Assembly: GCF_006345805.1 (NCBI RefSeq)
Contig: NC_043020.1
Location: forward strand, 5,084,001 to 5,148,000
Origin: Octopus sinensis
Lineage: Eukaryota
Reading direction: 5' to 3'
DNA: 64,000 bases
The notes beneath the pieces are model-generated. The model made no database searches, was not told where the DNA came from, and saw nothing but the letters and a program-made list of their open reading frames with translations. Positions 13,681 to 26,099 of the stretch are shown in pieces. A program made the position numbers and the translations under genes. The first letter of the stretch is position 1. Each line of letters begins with the position of its first letter.

Positions 13681-14402
13681 TATATATAAACGGCAAAATG
13701 TCTGTCTGTGTGTGTGTCCATTATACAAATCCGACGCCACCGTGGTGATCTCATTCTTGCTCACAACATCATAAGCGGAAGGTGTAACCTCTCGAAAGAG
13801 CTGTTCTTCACTTCTGCTCCAGAACGTCGGCTGCGGGGTCATTCCGAAAAGCTCTATCTGTGACGATTTCATCTCAATCAAAGGAGTGGGGCTTTCTCCG
13901 TCTGGGTTGCGGAACCGTGGAATAAGCTGCCGGATGAGATAGTAAAGGTGCCGACGACCGCTCGGTTCAAAGTCCCCCTTGACCACAAGTGGTCTGAACT
14001 CTTTACACGAACACCATCCTGTACATAACTCCATGTCCCCCTACATGGCCTTGCTTTTTGCTTTTTGAGCCAAATAATTAACTAACTAACTAACAATTTT
14101 TCAGTTAGAGGGCTTGCACTTTCTATGGTCATTCAAAACCGTCCAAGGGTGGTCATGCACATCTTTACATTTCCCCAGTCACCCCGCAAAGCCATTAAAA
14201 AAATCAACAGAAGTGACTTTTTTGTGAATTTACTATCCAAAACCCAATCAAAATACCCGAAACTTGATACACCAATTGAATGCCAGCTAGCTGTATGTGA
14301 TTGGTCAGAGATTTGGACAGTACTTGCGTGTATGTGCGCAAGCACGCAGCTGTATATGCATGCACTAGACTATGACCGGCGTTGCCAGGTCATAGTGCTA
14401 AG
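13681..14402 (+). mobile_element. Non-autonomous Helitron-like element interrupted by a CR1 3' fragment
   Basis: 5' TATATAAACGGCAAAATGTCTG; 3' hairpin ACTATGACC/GGTCATAGT (14369-14396) followed by GCTAAGT; uninterrupted 5' half of the same family at ~20870-21065(-). Confidence 0.65.
13733..14093 (+). mobile_element. CR1-clade LINE, 3' end fragment
   Basis: Encodes RGDLILAHNIISG...RLRGHSEKL...WNKLPDE..K..LD; ends in (TAAC)n. Confidence 0.8.
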
Positions 14403-14682
14403 TCTAAATTAAAAAACCTTCCGTCAAATTTTCAAAAAAAAAAAAAAAAAACTAAAAATTTTGTTATACAGTGTGTAAATATTGGGTTGACTTGTTCTTT
14501 CCAAAATGAGATTTTCTACCTAATGCTGTCATTTATAGCTTTATGTATGCTTCGAGATCCACTGTTCCAAAAACAGAATTTCTTCATGTTCTCCTGAAAG
14601 TTTTATAAATATTCTTATGACACAAACATTTTTTGTAAAATGTAACCTTTTTCTTGTTTTTTTCTCTCTCTCTCTCTTTCAG

Positions 14683-14865
14683 GATGGCACTTACAAAATT
14701 CTGAACGAATGCTCCCTCCCTTTGACTGGTAAACGATGTGTCGACATGATTATTACAGAGAAAGCAGTTTTTGAAATCAACCCTGAAATAGGGATGACCC
14801 TTATAGAACTTGGGGAAGGTTTCAGTGTTGAAGATATTGTTGAGAAAACAGGTTGTATGTTTAAG
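14683..14865 (+). CDS. OXCT1: OXCT1 exon: DGTYKILNECSLPLTGKRCVDMIITEKAVFEINPEIGMTLIELGEGFSVEDIVEKTGCMFK
   Basis: Pyrimidine tract + CAG acceptor, GTAAGG donor 14866; C.LPLTGK.CV..IITEKAVF motif. Confidence 0.97.
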
Positions 14866-16445
14866 GTAAGGAATGATCAGGTGTCCATGTTTAATGTAAA
14901 AGCCTATACAGACGATTTTGGGCCGTTGCCAGTCTTGCCTGGCCCCCGTGCCGGTGGCACGTAAAAATCAGCATCCGTTCGGGGCCGTTGCCAGCCTCGC
15001 CTGGCCCCCGTGCCGGTAGCACGTAAAAAGCACCATCCATTCGGGGCCGTTGCCAGCGCCACCCTGACTGGCCTCCGTGCCGGTGGCACGTAAAAGCACC
15101 ATCCGTTCGTGTCCATTGCCAGCCTCGCTTGGCCTCCGTGCCGGTGGCACGTAAAAGCACCATCTGTTCGTGGCCATTTGCCAGCTCCATCTGGCACCTG
15201 TGCGGGTGGCACGTAAAAAGCACCCACTACACTCGCGGAGTGGTTGGCGTTAGGAAGGTTACACTTTCCGCTTATGATGTTGTGAGCAAGAATGAGATCA
15301 CCACGGCGGCGGCGGATTTGTATAAAGGACAAACACACAGACAGACATTTTGCCATTTATATATACTCTTTCTCTTTTACTTGTTTCAGTCATTTGACTG
15401 CGGCCATGCTGGAGCACCGCCTTTAGTCGGGCAAATCGACCCTGGGACTTATTCTTTGTAAGCCCAGTACTTATTCTATCGGTCTCTTTTGCCGAACCGC
15501 TAAGTGACAGGGACATAAACACACCAGCATCGGACTTACGACACTTTTGCATAATAGCAACGATATATATATATAAATGTATGATCCAAGAATTGAGGTG
15601 TAGTAAGAAAGTGAGCTTCAAGCAATCCGTAGAAAATATTAAAAAACAGCCTTCAGGAACAAAAGGTCCTTCACAATTATATTCTCCAGTCAAAGTGTGC
15701 TCTCTACGCATTCTGATTGAATCCTCCATGGATGATTCAGTCAGTAACATGGGACCCCTAATGGTAATGTAAACTTCATCAAATCAAGATACCCTTGACC
15801 TGAAGAGTAGCCTGCAGTATACACTCCACTTGGATATTTTCCACTTTGGAGGTTCTGTAGTCTGAATTTTATCCACTCCATTCCTTAACTCTTGAATATA
15901 TCATATTTACACATAGATAGTTTTTTTTTCTCTTTTTACTTGTTTCAGTCATTTGACTGTGGCCATGCTGGAGCACCGCCTTTAGTCGAGCAAATCAACC
16001 CCGGCACTTATTCTTTGTAAGCCCAGTACTCATTCTATCGGTCTCTTTTGCCAAACCGCTAAGTGACAGGGATGTAAACACACCAGCATCGGTTGTCAAG
16101 CTATGTTGGGGGCACAAACACAGACACACAAACATACACACACACACACATGCATATATATATAAATACATATATACGACAGGCTTCTTTCAGTTTCCGT
16201 CTACCAAATCCACTCACAAGGCTTTGGTCGGCCCGAGGCTATAGCAGAAGACACTTACCCAAGCTGCCACGCAGTGGGACTGAACCCGGAACTATGTGGT
16301 TGGTAAGCAAGCTACTTACCACACAGCCACTCCTATCCAAGTTTATATTATTGTGTATAGAAGGATATATTAATCAATGAAATTCCAACTTAGTCTGATT
16401 TTCATGTTTTATTATTTACGATTTTTACAATTTTACAATATTGAA

Positions 16446-16487
16446 ATAAACTAGTACTTTCATGCGTTACACAATCCTCAGGGTTAT
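16446..16487 (-). ncRNA. Minimal hammerhead-ribozyme-like motif, antisense in last OXCT1 intron
   Basis: AUAACC-CUGAGGA-U[UGUG UAA CGCA]U-GAA-AGUACU(palindrome)-A-GUUUAU; stem I 5/6 bp. Confidence 0.55.
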
Positions 16488-16730
16488 GTAGTGACAGTCG
16501 TGTTCCACAATTGACAACTGTAGTGAAATGGTTTAGATGTGTCCTTTAAGTACCCTCCAATGGGCTCTAAGAGGATGAATCTTACAAACTGTATTTTGAC
16601 TTATCAGTATGTCGTTTAGATGCTTTTTACATTCCACTGGCACACGTGCCAATTACGTGCCGCCAGCGTTGGCCATGATTCTGATTTCACTTGGCTTTAT
16701 TTATTGAATTACTTATTTTTTTCATTGCAG

Positions 16731-16772
16731 GTGTCAGCTGACTTGAAACCAATGCGGCAGGTGCAATTATGA
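16731..16772 (+). CDS. OXCT1: OXCT1 terminal coding exon: VSADLKPMRQVQL*
   Basis: TTGCAG acceptor (ends 16730), TGA at 16770-16772; matches the SCOT C-terminus pattern VS..L.PM.Q. Confidence 0.9.
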   Translation: MSADLKPMRQVQL

Positions 16773-16990
16773 TAGGTAGCAACAGGAGGAGGCGGAGGAG
16801 GAGGAGATGAAGTGAGCCCACCGTCAGTTGACGAAGGTGGAATTAAAAAGTAGGAATAAGAAAGGAGATGTTTGCTCTTGACAGTGATGATGATGATGAT
16901 CACAACAGTAAAAGCAACAATGATATTGAGCTGACTGTGGTATTTGTACGTAGTTTTATTTTCTGTACGTGTGAAATATAAATATATATA

Positions 16991-17002
16991 AATAAAAATA
17001 AA
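16991..17002 (+). promoter_or_regulatory. Candidate polyadenylation signals of OXCT1 (tandem AATAAA)
   Basis: Two adjacent AATAAA hexamers ~220 nt after the stop; actual use unproven. Confidence 0.5.
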
Positions 17003-17131
17003 AACTTTCCATATCATCTACCCCCTCTTGCCTTTGTTCTTATTATCTTCCTCATCATCATCATTATTTTGGTGGAGTATATACAATCAGTAGTGTATAA
17101 TTATGTATGTGTATATGTTTGATTATATAGA

Positions 17132-17682
17132 CAGGGTGGCCCAAAACTAGGTTTACAGTTATCACGTGGGCCCTTTAAATTTCTTTTAAAGCATTTTATT
17201 GCATTTAAATTTCTATTTGACAATTAACTAAATTAGCATAGATGCGTGGCATCCTGGGCAAGTGTCTTCTGCTATAGCCCCGGGCCGACCAATGCCTTGT
17301 GAGTGGATTTGGTAGACGGAAACTGAAAGAAGCCTGTCGTATGTATATGTATGTGTGTGTATATGTTTGTGTGTCTGTGTTTGTCCCCCTGGCATTGCTT
17401 GACAACCGATGCTGGTGTGTTTACGTCCCCGTCACTTAGCGGTTCAGTAAAAGAGACCGATAGAATAAGTACTGGGCTTACAAAGAATAAGTCCCGGGGT
17501 TGATTTGCTCGACTAAAGGCAGTGCTCCAGCATGGCCGCAGTCAAATGACTGAAACAAGTAAAAAGAGTAGAGCATAGAATAATGGTTTCATATTTTTTT
17601 TTATAATTAAAATCTAAACTGTTAATATATGGAAGCGGACAGGCGAGTTGAAAAACTGTAAACCTACTTTTGTGCCACCCTG
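17132..17682. mobile_element. Tc1/mariner MITE with a family-A SINE inserted
   Basis: TIRs CAGGGTGGCCCAAAACTAGGTTTACAGTT / AACTGTAAACCTACTTTTGTGCCACCCTG, TA at right flank. Confidence 0.75.
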
Positions 17683-17801
17683 TATATCAGTGGTTCCCGC
17701 CCTTTTCACAGTGGTCCCTAGACCTTTCATTTTAATGAGTTTTCCCATGGACCCCATTTAATATGCTTATCCTTGTGTGTGTGTGTTAAATTTTAAATTT
17801 A

Positions 17802-18410
17802 TTTAGTTAATTAGTTAGTTAGTTAGTTAATTTTTGGCTCAAAAAACAAAAAGCAAGGCCATGTAGGGGGACATGGAGATATGTACAGGGTGGTGTTCAT
17901 GTAAAGAGTTCAGGCCACTTGAGGTCAAGGGAGACTTTGAACAAAGCGGTCATCGGCATCTTCACCATCTCGTCTGGCAGCTTGTTCCATGGATCCGCAA
18001 CCCGGACGGAGAAAGTTCCTCTCCTTCGATTGAGATGAAATCGTCGCAGGTAGAGCTTTTCGGAATGACCCCGCAGCCGACTCTCTGGAGCAGGAGTGAA
18101 GAACAGCTCTTTCGAGAGGTTACACTTTCCACTTATGATGTTGTGAGCGAGAATGAGATCACCACGGCGGCGGCGTTTTTCTAGAGAATAAAGGTCGAGC
18201 GTCTTCAGCTTTTCTTCGTAAGACAAATTCTTGAGACCAAGAACCATGCGGGTAGCCAGCTTCTGGACTCTTTCGAGATGCTGTATGTCTTTGAGGAGAT
18301 AAGGAGAAGAGGCTTGAATCCCGTACTCCAATATGTGTCTCACCAGCATGACAGCATTTAGTTCATAGAATCCCAGTACTACCATTGTGGACCCCAGGTT
18401 GGGACCCACT
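17802..18410 (-). mobile_element. CR1-clade LINE, 5'-truncated (RT C-terminal region)
   Basis: ORF 17897-18409: LVRHILEYGIQASSPYLLKDIQHLERVQKLATRMV..L..LSYEE.L..L.L.SLEKRRRRGDLI; (TAAC)n tail. Confidence 0.88.
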
Positions 18411-19270
18411 TATATATCATACACACACATCTTGTGTGTATGTATATATATTTATAGCGAGAAGTTGAGGTTATAAGAGATAATGGTTTCATTGAGACCC
18501 AAGGGTGTCAGGTAATGCTGAATAAGTGCTATAGACAGATCATAGTTAAGTTCCAGATTCGGTAATTTTGTGAATAAAGGGTTCAACGTTGGTTCTATGT
18601 CAGCGTGTGTATATAAGAATTTTTTGCGTTATAAGATAAAAAACCAAGGCTGTGTAGATATTAGAGCATTTATAGATAGGTCTTACAACTATCTATAAAT
18701 GCTCTAATATCTATACAGCCTTGGTTTTTTATCTTATAACGCAAAAAATTCTTATATATATGTATATATACTTATGCATGTATGTATAGTGTGTGTGGAT
18801 AGAAAAGATGTAGATTATTCTGTCTCCACCCTTGTGATAAATCATTCTAATGAGGTTTCAGATGAGATTTTCGGAGGAGGTTTGAGATGTGGGCAAAATT
18901 TATTCATTTTTCTAATTATTTTGTATCTTCTTACATAATTTAATTAGTTTTTAATTGCAAGTTCCAACATCATCACTACAATCAACATTTTTAAAACTCA
19001 ATTTTCAGGTTTTTCTCTGCTTTTGATTAGTTTTTTCTTTTTTTTTTTTTCTTTTTCTTTCTCCATAAAATAAAGAATTTTTGATTGGTTGTTTTTGGTT
19101 TATTGTTGTTTTTTTGGGTTTTTTTTGAAATTTTTCAAGAGTTCTTTGTGAATTGTCTGATGGCAGTTGTATTTGATTTGTGGGGCCCAATGTTCAAATG
19201 GTGCTCTTTACGTGACATGAGCATAGGCCAGTGTCTTCCATAAAAGTCTCTGATCAAAGAATGCGTGTAG

Positions 19271-19581
19271 TGAAGGTACATGGCTCAGTGGTTAGAACAT
19301 CGGGTTTACAATCATGAGGTTTTGAGTTTGATTTCAGGACCAGGCTGTATGTTGTGTTCTTGAGCAAGACACTTTACTTCACATTGCTTCATGGGTTATC
19401 ACAACACTGGTGCCAAGCTGTATCAACCTTTGCCTTTCCCTTGGACAACATCAGTGGTATGGAAATGGGAAGACTGGTATACGTGGACGACTGCTGGTCT
19501 TCCACAAACAACCTTACCCGGACTTGTGTGTCAGAAGGGATCTTTCTAAGTGTAACTCCATAGTCATTTGTGACCAAAGGG
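19271..19581 (+). mobile_element. tRNA-headed SINE family E
   Basis: Head GAAGG..CATGGCTCAGTGGTTAG...; better-preserved copy at 51058-51370(-), 3' part at ~24995-25125(-). Confidence 0.75.
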
Positions 19582-21482
19582 GATCTTTCCCCTTTATATA
19601 CTCTTTACTCTTTTACTTGTTTCAGTCATTTGACTGCGGCCATGCTGGAGCATCGCCTTTAGTCGAGCAAATCGACCCTGGGACTTATTCTTTGTAAGCC
19701 CAGTACTTATTCTATCGGTCTCTTTTGCCGAACCGCTAAATGATGGGGACGTAAACACACCAGCATCGGTTGTCAAGCAATGCTGGGGGGACAAATACAC
19801 ATACATACATATATATACATATATACGACAGGCTTCTTTCAGTTTCCGTCTACCAAATCCACTCACAAGGCATTGGTCGGCCCAGGGCTATAGCAGAAGA
19901 CACTTGCCCAAGATGCCACGCAGTGGGACTGAACCCGGAACCATGTGGTTGGTTAGCAAGCTACTTACCACACAGCCACTCCATACATATATGTATGTGT
20001 GTGTGTGTATCATCTAATTTTATATTCTGAATTTAACTTCCACTGAGGTCAATTTTACCATTCATCCTTTCGGGGTCAATAAAAAAAGTACCAGTTAAGC
20101 ACTGAGGTTGTTATATCATCATCATCATTGTTTAACGTCCGTTAACCATGCTAGCATGGGTTGGACAGTTTGACCGGGGTCTGTGAAGCCAGGAGGCTGC
20201 ACCAGGCTCCAATCTTGATCTGGCAGTGTTTCTACAGCTGGATGCCCTTCCTAATGCCAACCACTCCAAGAGTGTAGTGGGAGCTTTTTACATGCCACCG
20301 GCACAGGTGCCAGGGAAGGCTGGCAGCGGCCATGATCGGTTGGTGCTTTTTATGTGCCACTGGCACAGAAGCCAGTCATGGTGGCGCTGGCATCGGCCAC
20401 ATTCGGATGGTGCTTTTTACATGCCGGTGGCATGTAATATGATGTGTGTGTGTGTAATAGTACCAAATACAACTGTATAACAATAAGCAATGTAACAAGA
20501 GCTGGTTATCTTATAACCATTTGCACAGTACTCAATGCAGAATCAATAATGAGGCTAACAATCTCACTGTTCCACCTCAACTGTCATCTGGCTTGTCAAT
20601 TTATAAGACTAATCCAGTCCACTGACAGTCACATGTCAGGGTGTCAGTTCACACCACAACAGGGGTCAGTGTAATCACCTTGATCCCCTTTCCCCAAAAT
20701 TTCAGGCCTTGTGCCAATAGTAAAAGAATTATTATTATTGAGAGTGGTGCATGCCATCAAAGTGACAGTGGGGTACAATGATACAAAGCCCAGTCTACCC
20801 ATCATGACTATCCATCTGATAAGGGTACACCAGACACATATATCACAACCATTTGTGTGCAACAGGGTGATTTTTTTCACAAAAAAGTCACTTCTATTGA
20901 TTTTTTGTAATAGCTTTGCGGGGTGACTGGGGAAATGTAAAGATGTGCACGACCACCCTTGGACGGTTTTGAATGACCATAGAAAGTGCAAGCCCTCTAA
21001 CTGAAAAATTGTGGATTTGTATAAAGGATACACACACACAGACATTTTGCCGTTTATATATATATAGATTCTCTCTTTTACTCTTTTACTTGTTTCAGTC
21101 ATTTGACTGCGGCCATGCTGGAGCACCGCCTTTAGTCGAGCAAATCGACCCCGGCATTTATTCTTTGTAAGCCCAGTACTTATTCTATCGGTCTCTTTTG
21201 CCGAACCGCTAAGTAACGGGGACATAAACACACCAGCATCGGTTGTCAAGCAATGCGAGGGGGGGAAGGACAAACACAGACACACAAACACACACATGCA
21301 TAGATATATATATACTTATATACGACGGGCTTCTTTTCAGTTTCCGTCTACCAAATCCACTCACAAGGCTTTGGTCGGCCCGGGGCTGTAGTAGAAGACA
21401 CTTGCCCAAGGTGCCACGCAGTGGGACTGAACCCGGAACCATGTGGTTGGTAAACAAGCTACTTACCACACAGCCACTCATT

Positions 21483-21513
<31 letters not shown>

Positions 21514-22010
21514 TTATCATTATCATTTGTAGTAGTAGTATCAGTACTACTACTGGTGGCAGTGGTGGTGGGGTGGGTATCAACGGTAGCCATTACATAG
21601 TAGTGTCAGGTTGCGGTGTGGGTGTATGTGTACGTACACCCATGCCTGTATGTGTGTGTGTGTGAGCGTGTGTTTGTCTGTGAGTTACAGAATGGTTGGT
21701 TAATTTGTTATGTCAGTTCCAAACACAACAGAATATAAATACATGGAATAACTGACATACCTGTACAGACATCCTGGAGGAACCAAAAATACGAATAAAT
21801 AAATAAATAAATAAACAAACAAAAACTGGAACGTACAACACCTCAGAAGAATATTTCTTGCTTTCCTATCATTTTAATTTATTTTATTTTGTTTTGTTTT
21901 CGTTTCATTTATTTACTTTTTTCCCTCTTGTCTGAACATGTAGAATCTTGTTCTACTCACCTGTTTCATTCACACCTCACTCTTATGCCACCAGCGTTTC
22001 CTACTGTTTA

Positions 22011-22039
<29 letters not shown>

Positions 22040-22044
<5 letters not shown>

Positions 22045-22174
22045 GTATAACATATATATATATATCTTTACTCATACACTCAAATCTATTTATGTATGTA
22101 TGTATTTATGTATGTATGTATGTATGTATGTATGTATGTATGTATGTATGTATGTATGTATGTATGTATGTATG

Positions 22175-22220
<46 letters not shown>

Positions 22221-22413
22221 CCTACCTACCTACCTACCTACCTACCTACCTACATATCTACCTATCTATCTATCTTTATATCTACCCATCTATCCATCCA
22301 TACATCCATCCACCCATCTATCCATCCGCCCGCCTACCTTTCTATCTATCTATCTATCTATCTATCTACCCATCTATCCATCCATCCATCTATCCATCCA
22401 CCTACCCGCCTAC

Positions 22414-22450
<37 letters not shown>

Positions 22451-23015
22451 AACCCATCCATCCATCCATCTATCCACCCATCCACCCGCCCACCCACCTA
22501 TCCATCCATCTACCTTTCTACGTATCTACCTATCTACTTTACATCTCAATCCACATACATATATAGTTTACATACACACATGCTTGTATGAGTGTGCATT
22601 TACACTGTTAGTTTATATATAAACATACACATATATACACACATACAAATATACATATCTCTAAATTGTACATACATACATACATACATATATATATATA
22701 TATGTATATGTACACACACATTGGGCTACATGTAAATTTACTTCATCTTTTTTTCTCTGTACATACATAAATACACACACACACACACACACACACATAT
22801 TAATGTGTGTGTTTCCTGTGCAATTATACATAAAAACAGCTAAGCACATTTATTTTAAGTAGGATATAATTTGCTTCTTTTTTATTAAGATAAAGATGAA
22901 TTTCATCAAAGTTTCCCTGTCGACTGGCATCCTCAGACTCTCTATTTATATCCATATTTATATAGGAACTACCTACCTTTCTCTCTGTCTTTCCATCCTT
23001 CCATTCATCCATCTC

Positions 23016-23068
<53 letters not shown>

Positions 23069-23149
23069 ATCTATCTATCTACCAATTTATCTGTCTATAT
23101 ATTCTACCTGTCTGTCTATCTGTCTGTCTGTTTGTCCATCCATCCATCA

Positions 23150-23198
<49 letters not shown>

Positions 23199-23640
23199 CC
23201 TGTCTGTCTATCTGTTTGTCCATCCTGCCATCCATCTATCTATCTATCTACCAATTTATCTGTCTATATATTCTACCTGTCTGTCTATCTGTCTGTCTGT
23301 CCATCCATCCATCTGTCTGTCTGCCTGCCTGCCTGCCTGTCTGTCTGTCTCTCCGTCCGTCCGTCTGTCCGTCTACCAATTTATCTATCTATATTCTGTC
23401 CGTCTGTTTGTCCATCCATCCATCCATCCAGCCATCTATCTATCTATCTACCTACTTACCAACTTATCTGTCTACATATTCTACCTGTCTGTCTGTCTGT
23501 CCATCCATCCATCCATCTATCTTTCTACCTATCTGCCTACCTACTTACCTACCAATTTATCTTTCCTATATATCCTACCTGTCAGTCTGTTTGTTCATCC
23601 ATCTGGCTGTCTGTCTACCTGCTCACCGCAACACATGGCC
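22040..23640. repeat. (TATG)n/(TCTA)n/(TCCA)n compound microsatellite block
   Basis: Seen directly in the sequence. Confidence 0.95.
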
Positions 23641-26099
23641 TGTCTATTTATTTGACACATCCCACCCATGCTAGCATAGAAGGCAGACGTGAAACGATGA
23701 TGATGATGGTGATGAGTTACCCATCCACCCTCATCAAAGCAAACCCCCTCGCTCCCTTTCTGCGCTCCTACCCTTAGCCATACTAAAGTCCTTACACTCT
23801 GCATCCTAAACCCCAACCTACTGCATCTTCTTTACCCCTCGTCTACTACCCCTATCTCCCTGCTCTTCCAGTGTATCACCCTCTATCTCTTCTTATTTCT
23901 TATTTCTTTATTGCCCACAAGGGGCTAAACATAGAGGGGACAAACAAGGACAAACAAAGGGATTAAGTCGATTACATCGACACCTGTGCGTAACTGGTAC
24001 TTATCTAATCGACCCCGAAAGGATGAAAGGCAAAGTCGACCTCGGCGGAATTTGAACTCAGAATGTAACGGCAGACGAAATACCTATTTCTTTACTGCCC
24101 ACAAGGGGCTAAATACAGAGAGGAACAAACAAGGACAGTCAAACAGATTAAGTCGAATATATCGACCCCAGTGCGTAACTGGTACTTAATTTATTGACCC
24201 TGAAAGGATGAAAGACAAAGTCAACCTCGGTGGAATTTGAACTCAGAACGTAGCAGCAGACGAAATACCTATTTCTTTACTACCCACAAGGGGCTAAACA
24301 CAGAAGGAACAAACAAGGACAGACAAAGGTATTAAGTCGATTACATCGATCCCAGTGCGTAACTGGTACTTATTTAATCGACCCCGAAAGGATGAAAGAC
24401 AAAGTTGACCTCTGCGGAATTTGAACTCAGAACGTAGCAGCAGACGAAATACCGCTGAGCATTTTGTCCAACATGCTAAAGATTCTGCCAGCTCACTGTC
24501 TTATCTCTTCTGTCATCTCCAATATTCTCCCATTATTGCTTTCCTTCCTTCTCCCACCCTTGCCCTTCTTAAGTGCACCCACAACACACAGCATTTTTGT
24601 CCACAATTTCTCGTTCCTACACACCCTGTCCCTCCACCAAATCACTCCCCCCCCATCTCTATCCTGTTGTCAAACTTTTCCTTTCCTCTCCAACACCATC
24701 ACACACTCAAAGGACCTGACCCCCATGCTTTCCACATTAAGTCGACCTCAGTGCAATTTGAACTCAGAATGTAAAAACAGACAATACACACATATAAATA
24801 CATATACATATATTGCCAGTACCGCCTGACTGGCACCCGTACTGGTGGCATGTAAAAAGCACTCACTACACTCTCGGAGTGGTTGGCGTTAGGAAGGGCA
24901 TCCAGCTGTAGAAACTCTGCCAGATCAAGATTGGGGCCTGGTGCAGTCATCTGGTTTGCCAGCCCTCAGTCAAAATCGTCCAACTCCCTTTGGTCACAAA
25001 TGACCACGGGATTACACTTAGAAATATCCTCTCCGAAACACAAGTCCAAGCAAGGTTGTTTGTGGAAGACCAGCAGTCACCCATGCATACGGTCCCCTCA
25101 TCTCCGTACCACTGACTTTTCCTGTTGCATCTCTCCTAACCTCATAAATAGTCTTCAAAGTTCCTTTTCCAGTGTGAACTACATTGAGAAATCTGACTGC
25201 CCCCACTGTTTGTGGAGCTCCTCAGAGACACCCTACATGGCAATAAGTCACCTGTCGTTTGACATTTCTGTTCTACTGATTATTTCACTCAATACCTCAC
25301 AATGTTTTAGTTGGTCTCCAAGACAGCATCTCTCACCATTTGCTTCCAGAGCAAACAGAAGCTTATCTTCTTTCTCAAAACTTACATTCCTGTTGGTATA
25401 AAGTCACCCTCTCATTCTTTCTAACTTCCACTTCCACGATTACTGCTGGCTCCAGAATTACACACCTTGTCTCTCCACTCCACCTATTTCCTTCTCCTTC
25501 ACCCACAGTCCTACAATCAATATATTTATCAAATACCTGTTAGCATGAAGGAAAAAAAACAGACATATGTATAGGTGCAGGTATGGCTGTATAGTAAGAA
25601 ATTTGCTTCCCAATCACATGGTCCTGGATTCCATCCCACTGCGTGGGACCTTAGGCAAGTATCTTCTTTTGCCTCCAACCAACCTTTGTGAGCAGATTTG
25701 ATTGACAGAAATTGAAAGAAACCCATCATATATGTGTGTGTGTTTGTCTCCCTGCTACCACTTGACAACTAAGTGGGTATGTTTACATCCTCATAACTTA
25801 GTAGACTAGGTACCAGGCTTAAAAAATTAGTACTAAAAGAAGCTCATTGTATATATATGTGTGTGTGTGTGTGTGTACATACACACGCAAACACAAACAT
25901 ATATACATTCATATACAGGCTTTTATATTTTTTATTTCACTCATGCGCATTGATTGTTTTTGGTTTTGTCAACTACACAGTGTAGTAGGGTCAGTTGGGC
26001 ACTGTCTTTGAGAAAAACAGTACTGTGGCGCAATTCATTCTGCCAGAAATAGTGACTGAAAGAAGCCAAAGATAAAAGAGCTGCAGGTACTAATGAAGA

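Noticed and set aside
15540-15920. Unique intronic segment as an alternative OXCT1 exon
   Set aside because: No in-frame SCOT-like translation or convincing splice pair, and the exon chain is complete without it.
24883-25401. 172-aa ORF as a host gene
   Set aside because: Starts in SINE-C/E sequence; the opposite strand has a stop-interrupted frame that looks like a decayed retroelement; no recognisable domain.
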